Source: an uncultured Limnohabitans sp.
GTDB taxonomy: Bacteria > Pseudomonadota > Gammaproteobacteria > Burkholderiales > Burkholderiaceae_C
Assembly (NCBI GenBank): GCA_963512655.1
Contig: CAUPNL010000002.1
Location: 112,748-176,747, forward strand
Length of the DNA stretch: 64,000 nt
Direction of reading: 5' to 3'
Within the stretch, counting starts at the first letter, position 1. Each line of letters opens with the position of its first letter. Below, one piece after another: positions 48,345 to 58,077 of this stretch. The notes beneath the pieces are model-generated. The model saw nothing but the letters and a program-made list of their open reading frames with translations. It had not been told where the DNA came from and did no database searches. The translations under genes were made by a program, and so were the position numbers.

Positions 48345-49028
48345 ATGACAAATACACCCGTTCTCACTGCCCACAACATCAGCCGCCGCTTCACCGAAGG
48401 GCCGCTGGATGTGACCGTGCTGCAAAACGTCGACCTGTCGGTGAATGCCGGCGAAACCTTGGCCATCGTTGGTTCATCGGGCTCTGGCAAAAGCACCTTG
48501 CTGCATGTGTTGGGGGGCTTGGATGAGCCCAGCTCTGGCAGCGTGTCGCTGATGGGGCAACCCTTGGCAGGCCTGAGCGCTGCAGCCTTGGGCGATTTGC
48601 GTAACCAACACTTGGGCTTTGTGTATCAGTTTCACCACCTGTTGCCAGAGTTCAGCGCACTCGACAACGTGGCCATGCCCCTGTGGATTCGCCGCATGGA
48701 CCGCGCCGCTGCCAGCGCCCAAGCGCAGGCCATGCTCGAAGCCGTGGGCCTTGGCCCCCGCATGCACCACCGTCCGGCAGAGTTGTCAGGCGGTGAACGC
48801 CAACGCGTGGCGATTGCCCGCGCCTTGGTCACGCGCCCCGCGTGTGTGCTGGCCGATGAACCCACGGGCAACCTTGATCGCAACACGGCTGACAACGTAT
48901 TTGCACTCATGCTGCAACTGGCCCGCGAGCACAACACCGCCTTTGTGCTGGTGACACATGACATCGCCTTGGCAGCGCGCTGCGACCGCCAGCTGCACTT
49001 GAGTGCAGGCGTGCTGCAAACCAGCTAA
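48345..49028 (+). CDS. lolD: Lipoprotein-releasing ABC transporter ATPase
   Basis: [48 protein letters not shown]. Confidence 0.95.
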   Translation: MTNTPVLTAHNISRRFTEGPLDVTVLQNVDLSVNAGETLAIVGSSGSGKSTLLHVLGGLDEPSSGSVSLMGQPLAGLSAAALGDLRNQHLGFVYQFHHLLPEFSALDNVAMPLWIRRMDRAAASAQAQAMLEAVGLGPRMHHRPAELSGGERQRVAIARALVTRPACVLADEPTGNLDRNTADNVFALMLQLAREHNTAFVLVTHDIALAARCDRQLHLSAGVLQTS

Positions 49029-49070
49029 CGCACGGCAGGCGCTTCAAGCGTTCAACGAAGGTCTGCTGAT

Positions 49071-49967
49071 TTAGCCGCTGAACAAACGGCCTCGCGCGTT
49101 TTGCGTGATCGCCGCCACACACGGGTGCGATATGCGGCGCTCCACCGACACCGCAAAAAACTCTTCCACCAACTCATCGCTGCGGCCCATCACCTCTACC
49201 CCGTAATGGGCCACGGTCTCGTCTTCCAAAATGCCGGGCGACATGAACACCCCCCGCCCCTCGCGGCCAAACGCCGTCATCAGCGCGCCATCGTCAAACT
49301 CACCCACCACGCGCGGTTGAATTTTGTGGCGGACCAGCCAACCGTCCAATTGCTGCCGTACTGAGGACGATGAGCCTTGAATCAACATGGGCGCGTCATG
49401 CAAACACTGCGGAAACTTGCCCTTCAACGTGGCACGCAAAGCTGGTGTGCAAAAAAAACTCATGGGCGTGGTGCCCAGCGCGTGGTTAAACGCTTTCACG
49501 CTGATGCGCTTAGACAGCGGCTCATCGGCAATCACCAAATCGAGCCGGTGCAAAGCCAGCTGCGCCAGTAGGTCTGGAAACTTGCCTTCGCTGCCAATCA
49601 AGCGCACAGGCTCAGCAATCGACAACGCGGGCTCAAGCAGCCGGTAGGCCACTGACTTGGCCACCGAATCAGCCACGCCCACCCGAAACTCCAACGTCCT
49701 CACGCCCGCTTGGGTGTTGGCCATGGCGGCTTTCAGCTCGGAGCCCAAGGCAAAAATGTCGTCGGCATAGCTCAAGGCTTTGCGCCCGTCTTCGGTCAGC
49801 TCCAGCTGGCGACCGCTTTTGCGGAACAGCTTTCGGCCCAAACTTTCTTCGAGCAATTTGATTTGCCCAGACAGGGTTTGTGGCGTGGTGTGCAACTGCT
49901 CACCCGCGCGCATGATGCCGCCTGCGCGTGCGGTGACCCAAAAATAATACAAGTGTTTGAAATTCAT
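49071..49967 (-). CDS. nhaR: LysR-family transcriptional activator, NhaR-like
   Basis: MNFKHLYYFW...TPQTLSGQIKLLEE, GEFDDGALM..FG, EEFFAVSVERRISHP; closest by recognition to NhaR. Confidence 0.82.
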   Translation of the reverse strand: MNFKHLYYFWVTARAGGIMRAGEQLHTTPQTLSGQIKLLEESLGRKLFRKSGRQLELTEDGRKALSYADDIFALGSELKAAMANTQAGVRTLEFRVGVADSVAKSVAYRLLEPALSIAEPVRLIGSEGKFPDLLAQLALHRLDLVIADEPLSKRISVKAFNHALGTTPMSFFCTPALRATLKGKFPQCLHDAPMLIQGSSSSVRQQLDGWLVRHKIQPRVVGEFDDGALMTAFGREGRGVFMSPGILEDETVAHYGVEVMGRSDELVEEFFAVSVERRISHPCVAAITQNARGRLFSG

Positions 49968-49981
49968 AGACCCTATTAAAC

Positions 49982-49996
49982 TTCGTTTTTTTCGAA
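49982..49996. promoter_or_regulatory. Putative LysR recognition site
   Basis: TTCG-N7-CGAA dyad containing T-N11-A in the AT-rich divergent intergenic region. Confidence 0.55.
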
Positions 49997-50018
49997 TAAA
50001 TAAAACAATAAATACGAA

Positions 50019-50047
50019 TTTACACGAAGTGTTTTTGTGTTTAAAGT
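50019..50047 (+). promoter_or_regulatory. Sigma-70 promoter for the Rrf2 gene
   Basis: TTTACA-17 nt-TAAAGT; strong SD AGGAGG before ATG 50095. Confidence 0.6.
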
Positions 50048-50094
50048 CCCCCTCAGCTGACAGACGTCAGCACCAGAACCGATAGGAGGATTCC

Positions 50095-50610
50095 ATGCGT
50101 TTGAGTACCAAGAGCCGTTTTGCCGTCACCGCCATGATTGACATGGGTTTGCGCCAGCACCAAGGCCCTGTGTCATTGGCCGCCATCAGCCAGCGCCAGC
50201 ACATCTCGATCTCCTACCTCGAACAAATCTTCAGCAAGATGCGTCAGCACGGGCTGGTGGAAAGCACGCGCGGCCCCGGCGGCGGCTATACCCTTAACCG
50301 TGATGCCAACCACATCAGCGTGGCCGACATCATTTATGCGGTCAACAGCCCCGACGAAAAAGAGCAGCTGCCTGCCGATGCCGAGCAAAACGGCTATGTG
50401 TCGGCCGAAGAGCTGTGGTCCACGCTGAATCAAAAAATGGATGACCACATGCAGTCCATCAGCTTGCACAGCCTCATTGCGGCTCAGCTGTCCAAAGGCG
50501 GCAGCGTACCCAGCAATAACTCACCTAAACGTGGTGTGTTTGCGCAAAAACCAGCAGCATCGGCTTTACCCAAAGTGCCTAACTCAGTCTTTGCGCTGGG
50601 TAACGCCTAA
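50095..50610 (+). CDS. Rrf2-family regulator, IscR-like but lacking all cysteines
   Basis: MRLSTKSRFAVTAMID...ISISYLEQIF...STRGPGGGY; no Cys in 171 aa; C-terminal PNSVFAL. Confidence 0.9.
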   Translation: MRLSTKSRFAVTAMIDMGLRQHQGPVSLAAISQRQHISISYLEQIFSKMRQHGLVESTRGPGGGYTLNRDANHISVADIIYAVNSPDEKEQLPADAEQNGYVSAEELWSTLNQKMDDHMQSISLHSLIAAQLSKGGSVPSNNSPKRGVFAQKPAASALPKVPNSVFALGNA

Positions 50611-50640
50611 GTGCAGCCAGACTGGCCCCCGCACTGATTC

Positions 50641-51459
50641 ATGTGGATCGACACACACGGGCACCTAGACGCTGCCGAATTTGAGCCCGACCGCGCTGCC
50701 GTGCACCTACGTGCACGCGCAGCGGGCGTAGCCACGTGTGTGATTCCCGCCGTTGAAGCAGCCAACTTTGATACCGTGCGCTTGCTAGCCCACGCGCAGC
50801 AAGATGCCTATGCGTTGGGCATTCACCCTCTCTACACCCCGCAAGCCACTGAAGTGCATTTGGCACAACTCGATGCAGCGCTGCACACCCACCGTGATGA
50901 CCCACGCTTGGTGGCCGTGGGTGAAATTGGACTTGACGGTTTTGTGCCTGAGCTCAACACACCCGATGCACTTGCCCAGCAACAACACTTTTACAAAGCC
51001 CAACTCAAACTCGCACAACAACACCAGCTGCCCGTCATCTTGCATGTGCGCCGCAGTGCAGACTTGCTGCTGAAAGGGTTGCGCGAAAAACCCGTGGTGG
51101 GCGGCATAGCCCATGCCTTCAATGGCAGCTTGCAACAAGCACAGGCCTTCATCGCCTTGGGCTTCAAGCTCGGCTTTGGCGGCGCACTCACCTATGACCG
51201 AGCCTTGCAACTTCGCCGCTTGGCCACCGAGCTGCCGCTGTCAGCCATCGTGCTGGAGACCGATGCACCCGACATTCCCCCGCATTGGCTCTACACCACC
51301 GCCGAGCAGCGCGCCGCAGGCCAACCCCAAGGCCGCAACGAGCCCGCCGAGCTGCCGCGCATCGCCCAAGTGCTGGCCGAGCTGCGCGGCATTCCCTTAG
51401 AAGCGCTGGCCGCTGCCACCAGCGCCAATGCGCGAGAAGCCTTGCCACGCCTACAATGA
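50641..51459 (+). CDS. TatD-family hydrolase/DNase
   Basis: DTHGH, LGIHP, VGEIGLD, LHVRRS, LETDAPD. Confidence 0.92.
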   Translation: MWIDTHGHLDAAEFEPDRAAVHLRARAAGVATCVIPAVEAANFDTVRLLAHAQQDAYALGIHPLYTPQATEVHLAQLDAALHTHRDDPRLVAVGEIGLDGFVPELNTPDALAQQQHFYKAQLKLAQQHQLPVILHVRRSADLLLKGLREKPVVGGIAHAFNGSLQQAQAFIALGFKLGFGGALTYDRALQLRRLATELPLSAIVLETDAPDIPPHWLYTTAEQRAAGQPQGRNEPAELPRIAQVLAELRGIPLEALAAATSANAREALPRLQ

Positions 51460-51463
51460 AGGC

Positions 51464-52321
51464 GTGACTTCCTCCATCCTCAACGCCGACTTGCACTGCC
51501 ACTCCGTGGTCTCGGATGGCACGCTCACACCTGAGCAATTGGCCGCTCGTGCCAAAGCCAATGGTGTCGAACTGTGGGCCTTGACTGACCACGACGAAGT
51601 GGGCGGCCAAGACCGCGCAATGGCTGCGGCACAGGCCAATGGCATGAAGTACCTCACTGGCGTGGAAATTTCCATCACCTTCGCCAACAAAACCGTGCAC
51701 ATCGTGGGCCTTGGCTTTGACGCGCATGACGAGCAGCTCCAAAAAGGCCTGCTCCAAACACGCGGTGGTCGTGGTGAACGCGCCAAAGAAATGTCAGACG
51801 GCTTGGCAAAAGTCGGCATCCATGGTGCGTATGAAGGTGCTCTCAAATACGCAGGCAACCACGAACTGATTTCACGCACCCACTTTGCCCGCTTCCTCGT
51901 TGAAACCGGCGCATGCCAAGACACCAACGAAGTGTTTCGCCGCTTCTTGACCGAAGGCAACCCCGGCTATGTGCCGCACCGCTGGGCCTCGCTCAAAGAC
52001 GCGGTGCAATGGATCGTGCAAGCCAAAGGCATGGCAGTCATTGCTCACCCAGCACGTTACGGCTTCACGCCCAACGAGGAGTTTGCGCTGTTCACCGAAT
52101 TCAAAAACCACGGCGGTCAAGGTGTGGAAGTGGTCACGGGCAGTCACTCGGTGGCTGAATATGTGACCTATGCCGACATGGCCAAAGAGTTTGATTTATT
52201 TGCCTCACGTGGCAGCGATTTCCATAGCCCCTCGGAGAGTCGCATTGACCTAGGCACACTGCCTTGGCTACCCGGTCAACTCACCCCCGTGTGGGAAGCT
52301 CTGGCTGACCGCATTCAATAA
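51464..52321 (+). CDS. PHP-domain protein (TrpH/YciV-like 3',5'-nucleoside bisphosphate phosphatase / RNase AM family)
   Basis: DLHCHSVVSDG, ALTDHD, GVEIS, HIVGL, IAHPARY, GSDFH; GTG start. Confidence 0.9.
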   Translation: MTSSILNADLHCHSVVSDGTLTPEQLAARAKANGVELWALTDHDEVGGQDRAMAAAQANGMKYLTGVEISITFANKTVHIVGLGFDAHDEQLQKGLLQTRGGRGERAKEMSDGLAKVGIHGAYEGALKYAGNHELISRTHFARFLVETGACQDTNEVFRRFLTEGNPGYVPHRWASLKDAVQWIVQAKGMAVIAHPARYGFTPNEEFALFTEFKNHGGQGVEVVTGSHSVAEYVTYADMAKEFDLFASRGSDFHSPSESRIDLGTLPWLPGQLTPVWEALADRIQ

Positions 52322-52387
52322 GCGCATTCAATTCAAAACCTCGTGGTGTAAGACACCACACCCGCTCACTTTTCGGCGTACCCGCTC

Positions 52388-53023
52388 ATGGCTCAGTTTC
52401 TTCAAGTTCACCCCGACAACCCACAACCCCGCTTGCTCAAGCAAGCTGTGCAACTGTTAGAGCGCGGCGGCATCGTGGCCGTGCCGACAGATTCAAGCTA
52501 CGCCTTGGTCTGTCACCTAGACGATAAAGCGGCGGTCGAGCACATGCGCCGCATCCGTCAAGTGGATGACAAGCACCACCTCACCTTGATGTGCCGCGAC
52601 TTGTCTGAACTGGCCAACTACGCCCGCGTGGACAACCGCCAATACCGCCTGCTCAAAGCGGCCACACCTGGGGCCTACACCTTCATCTTGGAAGCCACCA
52701 AAGAAGTGCCCCGCCGCGTGAGCCACCCACAGCGCAAAACCATTGGCCTGCGCGTGCCGCTGAACAAAACACTGCTCGACTTGCTTGAACTCCACGGCGC
52801 GCCGCTGCTGGCCACCACGCTCATCGCCCCCGGCGAGACCGACCCGATGAACGATGCCGAAGCCATTCGCGACCGCTTTGAGCACGACCTCGCCGCCGTG
52901 ATTGACGCAGGCGCCTGCGCACTCGAACCCACCACCGTGGTGGACCTCACCCCCATGGATGGCGGCGGGGACCCCGAGGTGATCCGCGAAGGACGCGGCC
53001 CGCTGAGCACTTTGGGCCTGTAA
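52388..53023 (+). CDS. Sua5/YciO/YrdC-family protein
   Basis: HPDNPQPRL, PTDSSYAL, PGAYTFIL, KTIGLRVP, PTTVVDL. Confidence 0.9.
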   Translation: MAQFLQVHPDNPQPRLLKQAVQLLERGGIVAVPTDSSYALVCHLDDKAAVEHMRRIRQVDDKHHLTLMCRDLSELANYARVDNRQYRLLKAATPGAYTFILEATKEVPRRVSHPQRKTIGLRVPLNKTLLDLLELHGAPLLATTLIAPGETDPMNDAEAIRDRFEHDLAAVIDAGACALEPTTVVDLTPMDGGGDPEVIREGRGPLSTLGL

Positions 53024-53082
53024 GCCGCGCCGCAGCTAGACCCAAAGTGTTGAATGCAACCATTGAATGAGACAATCGCGCT

Positions 53083-53754
53083 GTGAATTTTCCAGAGCTG
53101 ATTCAAACCATCCTGATCTATGCCTTGCCCGTGGTGTTTGCTATCACGTTGCACGAGGCTGCGCACGGCTATGTGGCGCATCGCTTAGGTGATAACACCG
53201 CGTGGATGCTCGGACGCGTCACCTTAAACCCCATACCGCACATCGACCCACTGGGCACGATTGCGGTACCTGCCCTGCTCTACCTTGCTTCGGGTGGCAA
53301 CTTTTTATTCGGATACGCCCGCCCTGTGCCGGTGCGCTTTGGCAATTTAAATCATCCCAAGCGCGACATGATTTGGGTGGCACTGGCTGGACCGGCCATC
53401 AACTTCTTTCAAGCGCTTGCTTGGCTCTTGGCCTTCTACCTGATGAAGCATTTCGGCGTGACCGAAGCCTACTTTTTAAAGATGAGTTTGGCTGGCGTTG
53501 TGGTTAACGTGTCGATGTTTGTGTTCAACCTGTTCCCGCTACCGCCGCTCGATGGGGGCCGCGTGTTGGTCGGCTTGCTGCCATGGCGCGCAGCCGTTTG
53601 GCTGTCTAAGGTTGAGCCCTACGGCATCTACATTGTGTTGGCGCTGGTGGCCTTCAACAAACTTGACGATATTTGGATTGGGCCTTTGATGAAGTGGACC
53701 GTATTCGCTTTGTCGCTCTTGCTCAGCCCCTTTGAATTCTTATTGCATCCCTGA
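53083..53754 (+). CDS. Site-2 protease family (M50) membrane metalloprotease
   Basis: HEAAH, LAGP, FNLFPLPPLDGGR. Confidence 0.93.
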   Translation: MNFPELIQTILIYALPVVFAITLHEAAHGYVAHRLGDNTAWMLGRVTLNPIPHIDPLGTIAVPALLYLASGGNFLFGYARPVPVRFGNLNHPKRDMIWVALAGPAINFFQALAWLLAFYLMKHFGVTEAYFLKMSLAGVVVNVSMFVFNLFPLPPLDGGRVLVGLLPWRAAVWLSKVEPYGIYIVLALVAFNKLDDIWIGPLMKWTVFALSLLLSPFEFLLHP

Positions 53755-53775
53755 TTTAGGAAAAGTAAACACAAT

Positions 53776-54972
53776 ATGAAAGAACGCGTTCTCTCCGGCA
53801 TGCGCCCTACGGGTGCTTTGCATTTGGGCCACTACCACGGCGCTTTGAAAAACTGGGTGCGTTTGCAGTCCGAGATGGATTGCTTCTACTTTGTAGCCGA
53901 CTGGCACGCCCTGACCACGCACTACGAAAACCGTGAGGTGATTGAAAAGAACGTGTACGAGATGGTGATCGACTGGCTCGCCGCTGGCCTAGACCCCAAT
54001 GCGTGCACCATCTTCTTGCAAAGCCGCATTCCTGAGCACGCCGAGTTGTTCACACTCCTGGCCATGGGTACACCGCTGGGTTGGCTCGAGCGCGTGCCCA
54101 CCTACAAAGACCAACAAGAAAAGCTCAAAGACAAAGACTTGTCCACCTATGGCTTCTTGGGCTATCCCTTACTGCAAGCCGCCGACATCTTGATTTACAA
54201 AGCCAAGCATGTACCCGTGGGCGAAGACCAAGCCAGCCATGTGGAGCTGACACGCGAAGCCGCGCGCCGCTTCAACCATTTGTACGGCCGCGAAATCAAC
54301 GCCGAAGAGAAAATCCAAGCCTCCTTGGCTAAGCTGCCCAAAGACAGCATCAAGCGCTTTGAGAAGTCCCGCAAGGCTTACCAAGAAACAGGCGACGCCA
54401 AAGCCATGGAAGGCGCACTGGGCTACATCGCCTCAGCGCCTGAGTTGCATGAACAAGACCGAGAGCGTTTGGGCGGCTACTTCAAAGGCACTGGCAAGGT
54501 CATCTTGCCCGAGCCACAAGCGCTGCTGACTGAAGCCAGCAAGCTGCCGGGCTTGGACGGCGCAAAGATGAGCAAGAGCTACAACAACTCCATCGCCATC
54601 CGCGAAGACCGCGCCACGATTGAACACAAGGTCAAACGCATGCCCACCGACCCTGCGCGCCAAAAACGCACCGACGTGGGCAACCCCGACAAGTGCCCTG
54701 TGTGGCAATTCCACATGGTCTACAGCGATGCGGGCCAACGCGAATGGGTGACGCAAGGCTGTAAAACCGCAGGCATTGGTTGCTTGGAATGCAAGCAACC
54801 CATCATTGAAGCGATCTTGCGCGAGCAGCAACCGATGCTCGAACGTGCAGAGCCGTACATCACCAATCCCAAGATTGTTCGTGATATCGTGGATGCAGGT
54901 ACTGAAAAAGCTCGCAAAACAGCGCGTGAAACCATGCAGGATGTTCGGTCCGCAATGGGGCTAAACTACTAA
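53776..54972 (+). CDS. trpS: Tryptophan--tRNA ligase
   Basis: SGMRPTGALHLGH, GYPLLQAADIL, VPVGEDQ, KMSKS. Confidence 0.97.
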   Translation: MKERVLSGMRPTGALHLGHYHGALKNWVRLQSEMDCFYFVADWHALTTHYENREVIEKNVYEMVIDWLAAGLDPNACTIFLQSRIPEHAELFTLLAMGTPLGWLERVPTYKDQQEKLKDKDLSTYGFLGYPLLQAADILIYKAKHVPVGEDQASHVELTREAARRFNHLYGREINAEEKIQASLAKLPKDSIKRFEKSRKAYQETGDAKAMEGALGYIASAPELHEQDRERLGGYFKGTGKVILPEPQALLTEASKLPGLDGAKMSKSYNNSIAIREDRATIEHKVKRMPTDPARQKRTDVGNPDKCPVWQFHMVYSDAGQREWVTQGCKTAGIGCLECKQPIIEAILREQQPMLERAEPYITNPKIVRDIVDAGTEKARKTARETMQDVRSAMGLNY

Positions 54973-54994
54973 TATTGATTCAGGAGTAATAAAA

Positions 54995-55588
54995 ATGAGT
55001 ATGTACATCATTGACGACCATCCTTTGGTCCGCCAAGCCATCGCCATGTTGTTGCGCCGCATGCGTCCCGCATCGAAAGTCATCGAATTAGAAAAGTTCA
55101 GCGAATTGCAAGCTGCCATCATCAAAAATGGTGAGCCAGAGCTGTTTGTGCTCGACTTGTTGTTGCCTGGCGTCAAAGGCACCTCCGCCGTCAAAGACAT
55201 CAAGACCATGTATGCGAACGTGCCATTGGCCGTGATCTCTTCTATGCCAGCTGGCGAAGCAGAAGAAACTTGCATCGATGCGGGTGCGGATATTTATATC
55301 GAGAAGTCCACCCCTGCAAACGAAATCTCTTCTGCCATTCAAGGCTTGTTTGCTGCTGAAAACGGCGACGAAGAAGCTGCCGTGGCTGTAGGTGAAACCA
55401 AGCTGTCTAAGCGCCAAAAACAACTCATCATCATGCTGGACCGCGGTTTGAGCAACCGCGATATTGCCGCCGAGTTGGAGATCAGCGAACACACGGTCAA
55501 AGTTCACTTGTGGCGTTTGTTCCGTCGCTTGGACGTGAAGAGCCGCACCCAAACTCTGCACTTTGCACGCATGAACGGTTTGCTGTAA
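54995..55588 (+). CDS. NarL/LuxR-family response regulator (orphan)
   Basis: IIDDH, VLDL, ISS, IEKS receiver residues; LSKRQ..GLSNRDIA..L.ISEHTVKVH HTH. Confidence 0.9.
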   Translation: MSMYIIDDHPLVRQAIAMLLRRMRPASKVIELEKFSELQAAIIKNGEPELFVLDLLLPGVKGTSAVKDIKTMYANVPLAVISSMPAGEAEETCIDAGADIYIEKSTPANEISSAIQGLFAAENGDEEAAVAVGETKLSKRQKQLIIMLDRGLSNRDIAAELEISEHTVKVHLWRLFRRLDVKSRTQTLHFARMNGLL

Positions 55589-55607
55589 TTCAGCACACCA
55601 CCCAACC

Positions 55608-55634
55608 AAAAGCCCCGCCATGCGGGGCTTTTTT
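55608..55634. terminator. Bidirectional terminator between the response regulator and ccmI
   Basis: AAAAGCCCCGC-cat-GCGGGGCTTTTT. Confidence 0.88.
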
Positions 55635-56943
55635 ATTGCAAGGTGTCACGCACCATCAGGTTCAAACCTTTACTGCCCGGTTTCACAGGCGTGAGGCTCA
55701 CGCCGTAGTCACCTGACTGCGCTGTGACCTGCCCACTCTTAGAAATGCGCACTCGCACTGTCACCTCGTCCATGCCCGAGAGCTTGGCACTCGGGCTCAT
55801 GGCCATGCTGTCATCGAGCACAAAGTCCAAAGGCAGTTTGTCTGCTGTGGTGCGCAGAATTGCAATCGGCATGCGTGAACCTGTGACGGGCGTGGCATAC
55901 ACAAACACGGTGTCAGTGGGCGCCACCAAGCCTTGCAACTCTTTGACCAAAGTCACGCGACCGCTGATGCCGCTGGCAGCCATCGCCGCCTTGCTGGCTT
56001 GCGTATCGGCAGCTACGGCAGCGTGTGGCGGAATAGCAGGCAAGCCCAACTTATTGCGGGCCTCACCAATGGCTCGGTCTAGCTCGGGCGCATCGGGGGA
56101 GTCAGCGGGCACCACCTCACGGGCACGCTCCCAATAGCGCAAGGCAGTGGTGAAATTCATTTCCGCATACGACGCACTGCCCGCCAAGAACAAGGCGTTG
56201 AGGTGGTGCGGGTCTGCGGTCAGCACGCGCAGGATGATGGTCCAAGGCTCGCCGGCGAAGCTGCCACCGTTCTTTTGCGCCAACACTTCGGCACGCTCAA
56301 TAGACAGGTTGTCATCACGGCTCAGCGCCAAGGCTTTGGCAAAGGCCTCTGCGGCCTCTTCAAAGTGGCCACGCGCGCGTTGCACGCGCCCAAGCATGAC
56401 CCAGCCCTCCATGCTGTTGGGTTCGTCTTGCAAACGGCGCGTGAGTGCGGTGGCCATCTCGGTCAACTTCTCGGGGGTGACTTCGGCAGATGAATCCACA
56501 CCTTGCTTCAAAGCCATGGGGTCAAGCGCAGCGGGTTCTCCCAATACGCTGTACATCAGCAGGGACGACACAGGCACCACAAACACCAACAAGGCAATGC
56601 TCAGCCAAGGTTTGCGCCACACCACGGTGGACGCAGGTGCCGCAGGGTTGGCTGCTTCATCTAGGCCTGCCACATCGGCCAACAAACGCTCAGACAGTTC
56701 GTCGCGCGCGGCTTTGAGTTCTTCGTAGCTGAGGTTGCCCATCACAAACTCGCGGTCAAGCTCGGCCATTTGGTCGCGGTACACCGCGGCATTGGCTTTG
56801 GCGGGGTCGTTGATGGCATCGGCTTGATGCGCGGCCAAACGCGCGCCCTGTTGCGAGCCACGCCACAGCGCTACGCTCAACACAATCAACACCAAGGCCA
56901 TCATGGCCACGGCGACATAAATAAAAGCGAGTGCGGGATTCAC
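55633..56943 (-). CDS. ccmI: Cytochrome c biogenesis protein CcmI/CycH (TPR)
   Basis: N-terminal TM, NAAVYRDQMAELDR, EGWVMLGR TPR repeats, C-terminal VRVRISKSG domain. Confidence 0.9.
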   Translation of the reverse strand: MNPALAFIYVAVAMMALVLIVLSVALWRGSQQGARLAAHQADAINDPAKANAAVYRDQMAELDREFVMGNLSYEELKAARDELSERLLADVAGLDEAANPAAPASTVVWRKPWLSIALLVFVVPVSSLLMYSVLGEPAALDPMALKQGVDSSAEVTPEKLTEMATALTRRLQDEPNSMEGWVMLGRVQRARGHFEEAAEAFAKALALSRDDNLSIERAEVLAQKNGGSFAGEPWTIILRVLTADPHHLNALFLAGSASYAEMNFTTALRYWERAREVVPADSPDAPELDRAIGEARNKLGLPAIPPHAAVAADTQASKAAMAASGISGRVTLVKELQGLVAPTDTVFVYATPVTGSRMPIAILRTTADKLPLDFVLDDSMAMSPSAKLSGMDEVTVRVRISKSGQVTAQSGDYGVSLTPVKPGSKGLNLMVRDTLQ

Positions 56944-56944
56944 A

Positions 56945-57499
56945 TCAACCTTTCAACAGTTGCTTGGCGCGCTCGCGCGCTTCGTCACTCAACATGGCAG
57001 GCGCAGCCAACGCACGACGTTGACGCAAATACACGCCCAAGAAAATCGCTGCCATCACCAGCAACACAAACGGTCCAAACCACAACACCCAAGTCAACGG
57101 TTTGACCTCGGGGCGATACAGCACAAAGTCGCCATAGCGCGACACCAAAAAGTCTTTCACTTCTTGGTCGGATTTACCGCTGCGCAACAGCTCACGCACT
57201 TCGTTGCGCAAGTCATCGGCCAACTCGGCGTGCGACGACGCCAAGGACTCGTTTTGACACACCAAGCAGCGCAGCTCTTGCGAAATGTCCACCAAGCGCG
57301 CTTCGAGCTTGGGGTCTTCAGCCATGAGTGGTGCTTCACGCCCCACCACCAAACCTGAGGACGCAGTCATCGCAGGCTCAGGAGCCAACGAAGCAGACGT
57401 TGCTTGCGCCAAAGCTGCCTGCGGGCTGAACCACATCGCCATTGAAATGCTGAGCGCATATACGCCATTCAAGGCGCCATTCATCCAAACACGTTTCAT
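56945..57499 (-). CDS. ccmH: Cytochrome c biogenesis protein CcmH
   Basis: ELRCLVCQNESLASS, LVSRYGDFVLYRP. Confidence 0.94.
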   Translation of the reverse strand: MKRVWMNGALNGVYALSISMAMWFSPQAALAQATSASLAPEPAMTASSGLVVGREAPLMAEDPKLEARLVDISQELRCLVCQNESLASSHAELADDLRNEVRELLRSGKSDQEVKDFLVSRYGDFVLYRPEVKPLTWVLWFGPFVLLVMAAIFLGVYLRQRRALAAPAMLSDEARERAKQLLKG

Positions 57500-58077
57500 G
57501 ACTTGTTCAACTCCGCAATCAGAGGCAAGATTTTTTCAGCCAACAACGCAGGCGTAACCGCACCAACAAACTTGTAACGAATCACGCCAGCCTTGTCGAT
57601 GACGTAGGTTTCTGGCACACCGTACACACCGTAATTGATGCCTACGCGGCCATCGAGGTCCATGACCGTCGTGGTGTAAGGGTTGCCATGGCGCTTGAGC
57701 CACACTTGGCTGCGCTCGCGCGCGAGCTGCAGCTTCTCGTCAAACGGTGATTTGTAAGCGGGGTCTTGCGGCTGAATTTCTTTGTAGCTCAGGCCCACGA
57801 TGGGCACTTGGTTCTTTTCAGAAAACGCCACAAGCACGGGGTGTTCTTCACGACAGGCCACACACCAAGTGGCCCACACATTGAGCATCCACACTTGACC
57901 TTGCATGTCGATGGGCGAGAACTTAGCGTCACCTGGCCCAAGCGTGAACAAAGTGAAGTGCGGCGCAGGCTTGCCTATCAAGGGCGATGGAATTTCACGC
58001 GGATCGCGCTTCAAACCCACAGCCAAAAACACCACGAGGCCGATGAACAAGACCAGCGGAATCAAGACCTTTTTCAT
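57496..58077 (-). CDS. ccmG: Thiol:disulfide interchange protein DsbE/CcmG
   Basis: PSPLIGKPAP, NVWATWCVAC, YGVYGVPETY; ATG 58077 overlaps ccmF stop. Confidence 0.94.
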   Translation of the reverse strand: MKKVLIPLVLFIGLVVFLAVGLKRDPREIPSPLIGKPAPHFTLFTLGPGDAKFSPIDMQGQVWMLNVWATWCVACREEHPVLVAFSEKNQVPIVGLSYKEIQPQDPAYKSPFDEKLQLARERSQVWLKRHGNPYTTTVMDLDGRVGINYGVYGVPETYVIDKAGVIRYKFVGAVTPALLAEKILPLIAELNKS

